A stretch of DNA of 64,000 bases from the human T2T-CHM13v2.0 reference genome, Homo sapiens. The stretch lies in the NCBI RefSeq assembly GCF_009914755.1, contig NC_060944.1, one strand, 5' to 3'. Under the pieces are notes generated by a model. That model ran no database searches, was not told the DNA's origin, and was given only the letters and a program-made list of their open reading frames with translations. Positions within the stretch are counted from its first letter, which is position 1; each line of letters begins with the position of its first letter. Shown here in pieces: positions 59,086 through 64,000 of the stretch. Both the position numbers and the translations under genes were made by a program.

Positions 59086-59980
59086 GAAACTGTTAGAACT
59101 AATTAAGGAGTTCAGCAATCTTGCAGGTTACAAGATCAGGATACAAAAATCAACTGTATTTCTACACACTTGAAATGTATGGTCCAAAAATGAAATTAAG
59201 AAAACAATTTCTTTTACAATAGCATCAAAAAGAATAAAATACTTAAGAATAAATTTGACAAGAGAAGTTACACCAAAAACCACAAAACATCATTGAAAAA
59301 AAGATGTAAATAAATGGAAAGATGTAAAAAAAAAATGGAAAGATACCTGACATTCATGTATTATAAGAAGTAATATTGTTAAGATGACAATACTCCTCAT
59401 ATTGATCTCTGGAATCAATGTAATTTCTATCAAAGTCTCAGTTGTCTTTTTGCAGAACTTGACAAGATGATTCTAAAAAAATAAACATGGAAATGCAAGA
59501 ATAGGCAAAACAATCTTGAAAAAGAAGAACAAAACTGGAGGACTCACATCTCAATTTCAAAACTTACTATACAGTTACAATAATCAGGACATTATGGATC
59601 TAACATAAGGATAGAAATATAGACCAATGAAATGGATTCTGAAATTAAGAAATAAACTCTCACATTATGGTCAACTCATTTTCCTGAAGGGTACCATGAC
59701 AATTCAATGGGAAAAGAATAGCCTTTTCCAAAAATGGTGCTGGGATAACTGGATATCCACATGCAAAAGAATGAAATTGGGCCCCTACCTCACACCACGT
59801 GAAAATTAATTCAAAATCAATTAGAGACCTAAATGTAAAAGCTAAATTCATAAGAGTCTTATAGAAAACATAAGGAACAAATTGTGTCCTTGGATTAGGC
59901 AATGGTTTCTTAAATATAACACCAAAAACCCAAACAACAAAAGAAAAATAAATTGGAGTTCATCAAAATTTTAAACTTTT

Positions 59981-60280
<300 letters not shown>

Positions 60281-60708
60281 ACTTTTGCACATCAAAGGAC
60301 ACTATAATTAAAGCAAAAAAATCCCCATAAGATGGGAGAAAATGTTTGCAAATCATGTATCTGACAAGGAGCTTGTATTTAGAATGTATAAAGAACACTT
60401 ACAAATTGAACCCCCAAAAGCCAAATAAGCCAATCTAAAACCAGGCAACGAATTTGAATAGACATTTCTCTAATATATGCAAATGGCCAATAAGCACATG
60501 AGAAGATGCTCAGCATCATTAGTCATTAAAGAAATGAAAACCAAAACTACAATGAAATACTACTTCGTAACCACTAGGATGACTATAATCGAAAATGTGA
60601 AAAACAACAAATGTTAGCAAGGCTCTGGAGAAATTGGAACCCTCATACATTGCTGGTAGGAATGTAAAATGGTGCAGCCACTCTAGAAAATATTTTGGCA
60701 ATTCCTCA

Positions 60709-61092
<384 letters not shown>

Positions 61093-61619
61093 GAGAACCC
61101 AAAAATTTAAACATAAATGTTCATAGCAGCATTATTCATAATAGCCAAAAAGTGGAAACAATATAAATGTCTACTCACTGGTGAATAGATCAACGAAATA
61201 TGGTATAGCCACATAATAGAATATTCATTCATCAAATGGGATGAAGTTCTGAAACATGCTACAACATGGATGAAACTCAGTGAAGAAAAGCAGATACAAA
61301 AGGTCATGTATTGTATGATTCCATTTATATGAAATGCCCAGAACAGGCAAATCCACAGAGACAGACAATAGATTTGCAGTTGCCAGGGGCTGCAGAAAGA
61401 GAGGGATGGAATTTGACTACTAGTGAGTATGAGGCTTCATTCTGGAGTGACAAGATGTTCTGAAATTAGATAGTGATGATAGATGCACAACTTGCTGAAT
61501 ATACTAAAAACCACTCAGTCATACACTTTAAAAGTTCATACATGAACTTTATGGTATGTAAATTATATCTCAATAAAGCTGTAATTTAAAAAAAAAGAGG
61601 GAGAGACTGCTCGAAAAAA

Positions 61620-62950
61620 TAAAAAACCTCACCAGTAAAAAAGTAAACAATCAAATTAAAAAATAGGCAAAAAACACAGAGAGACATTTCGCCATGGAGT
61701 ACATATGGGTGGCAAATAAGCACATGAAACAATGTTCAATATCACTAGCCACTGGAAAATGCAAATTTAAAACACAATGAGATATCACTACACACTTATG
61801 AGAGTGACTAAAATAAAAAATAGTGGCAACACCAAATGCTGGCAAAGACGCAGAGAAACTGGATCACTCACATATTACTAATGGGAAGATAAGATGGCAC
61901 ATCCACTCTGGAAAACAGTTTAGCGGCCTGTTATAAAAACTAAACATACTGCCAGGCACGGTGGCTCACACCTGTAATCCCAGCACTCTGGGATTACAGC
62001 AATCTTGCACGTTACAATATCCGCCAAGGAGGGTGGATCACTTGAGGCCAGGAGGTCGAGACCAGCCTGGCCAACAAGGTGAAAGCCCGCCTCTACTGAA
62101 AATATAAAATTAGCCGAGTGTGGTGACGAGCACCTGTAGTCCCAGCTACTCGTGCCACTTCACTCCAGTCTGGGTGACAGAATAAGACTGCACCTCAAAA
62201 AAAAAAAAAATACAATGACCATACGACCCAGCAATTACACTCTTAGGTATTTATCCCAGAAAAATGAAACTTTATGTTCACATATAAGTAAAACTGTATA
62301 AAAACCTGTACTTGAATGTTCATAGTAGCTTTATTAGTAATAGTCAAAAACTGGAAACAACCTGGATGTACATCAATAGATAAATGGTTAAACAAGCTCT
62401 GGTATATCTGTACCATGCAATAGTACTTAGCAATAAAAAAGGAATTAATTATTAATAAACACAACCTCAATGAAGCTCCAGATAATTATGCTAAGTAAAT
62501 AAAGCCAATCCCAAAAGGTTATAACTGTACAATTCTATTTATATAGGATTTTTGAAAAGACAAAATTTTAGAAATGGAGAGCAGATTAGTGGGGGCTGGA
62601 GAGCAGGAGGGAGGTGGGTGTTGGTATTAGAGGGCAACATGAGAGATCCTCATGGAAATACAACTCTTATGTATAATATTTTGACTGCAGTAGTGGATAC
62701 ACGAACCCATACATGTAATAAAATGGTATATAACCAAGTACCCACACACACAAACACAAGTAAAGCTGGGGAAATATTAACAAGTGCTTTGTATTGTATC
62801 AATGTCAATATCCTAATTGTGATATTGTATTAAGTTTAATAAGATGTTACCACTGGGGGAATATGGGTAAAGGATACACAGGGTCTCTGTTACTTTTTAC
62901 AACTACATATGATTCAACAATTGTCTCAAAATAAAGTTTAATTTTAAAAA
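61620..62950 (+). mobile_element. L1MC/MD-type ORF2 end and 3'UTR (5' part at ~58170-58230)
   Basis: gcaaataagcacatgaaacaatgttcaatatcactag...taagatgttaccactggggga. Confidence 0.8.
61951..62210 (+). mobile_element. Rearranged Alu (fold-back insertion in left arm, deletion in right arm)
   Basis: ctgtaatcccag-cact-ctgggattacag; cccagctactcg|tgccacttcact. Confidence 0.88.
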
Positions 62951-62967
62951 CCTCTACCTGGCTGGCT

Positions 62968-63278
62968 GGCTGGGTGTGGTGGCTCACACCTGTAATCCCA
63001 GCACTCTGGGAGGCCAAGGCGGGCGGATCATGTGGTCAGGAGTTCAAGACCAGCCTGACCAACATGGTGAAGCCCCGTCTCTACTAAAAATACAAAAATT
63101 AGCCGGGCTTGGCGGTGGGTGCCTGTAATCCCAGCTACTCAGGAGGCTGAGGCAAGAGAATCACTTGAACCCAGGAGGCAGAGGTTGCAGTGAGCCAAGA
63201 TTGCACCATTGCACTCCAGCTTGTGCGACAGAGCAAGATTCTGTCTCAAAAAACAAAAAACAAACAAACAAACAAAAA
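62968..63278 (+). mobile_element. AluS (Sg-like)
   Basis: Full dimer with (caaa)n tail. Confidence 0.92.
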
Positions 63279-64000
63279 CCTACCTTATATATGATAGAAA
63301 GAAGGAAGGGAGGGATGGAGGAAAGAAAAGTAAATTCATTTACTATGGATTTACCTTGTTTCAGAATCCAGGCTCTTTAACATGTGGCTGGAGATAAATA
63401 TTATCATCCCCATTTTATAGATGATGAAACTGAGTCTCAGAGAATAACTGTCTCATTCTCAAAGATATCCTTTGAGAAGTCAAGAGTCAAGCCCTGCTCT
63501 CTGTCAGTCTGCTGTCATGCTTTAGCCAAACACAGCCATCAATCAAATGTAGGCAAAGACTGCTTTACTCAAGAGGAAATTGAAGCCAGACTGTAAGATG
63601 CAGTCCACAAAATTCATGATTTCTTCCCCCACCCCGGCTCCATCTACTTGGTCCCTTTTTCATATGGATTGGGTTTTTATTTCTGCATTTATTGCACACA
63701 CAAATTACAGATGAGAGCATCGACTACACAAGTCATTACTCAGAGTAGCATCTTCCCAACTGCCACTGGACTAGGACCGAACAGCTTGTGGTTAATTTGC
63801 TATATAATCACTGCCTGTGACGGGGGGCAGGGCTGAGCCTGTGCTAATATTAGGAAAAGGGAAGCTGAGTAGAGAGGACTCCTGGGGCATGAAGAGTGAG
63901 GGTGGTATCAAACCAGGGAAAAAGGAAGAGTGCTGGTGGGGAGCAGGAGGAGGGGGCCCTACCCCACTGAGAGACTCCAAGAAGGATCTGCTCCTCTGCC

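Overview
This is primate, human-like genomic DNA: AluJ/S/Y, L1PA3, THE1 and LTR12C are all present. It is non-coding and repeat-rich, either intergenic or deep intronic. I cannot support any protein-coding exon. The ORFs that can be assigned are chance translations of Alu, LTR12 or L1, and the only recognisable protein remnants are decayed L1 ORF2. About 25 Alus, several nested L1s, MaLR/ERVL LTRs, DNA-transposon relics and MIR/L2/L3 fragments cover much of the window. The standout structure is at 46953-49874: two LTR12C copies in inverted orientation with both U5 ends facing outward. They enclose a 3' HERV9 internal stub with its polypurine tract and split a single Alu with one 4-bp target-site duplication (TCCT). 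This implies an aberrant integration using two U5 ends, which creates a divergent double promoter and a ~1.2-kb-arm inverted repeat about 1 kb from a non-repeat ETS/GC-box promoter candidate. Other notable items are an L1PA joined in homologous register inside an L1PB1, a poly(A)-tailed block splitting an L1MB 3' end, fold-back scars at two Alus, and several enhancer-like unique segments. Repeat subfamily names come from recalled consensus sequences and old-repeat boundaries are approximate. The genomic locus was not identified.
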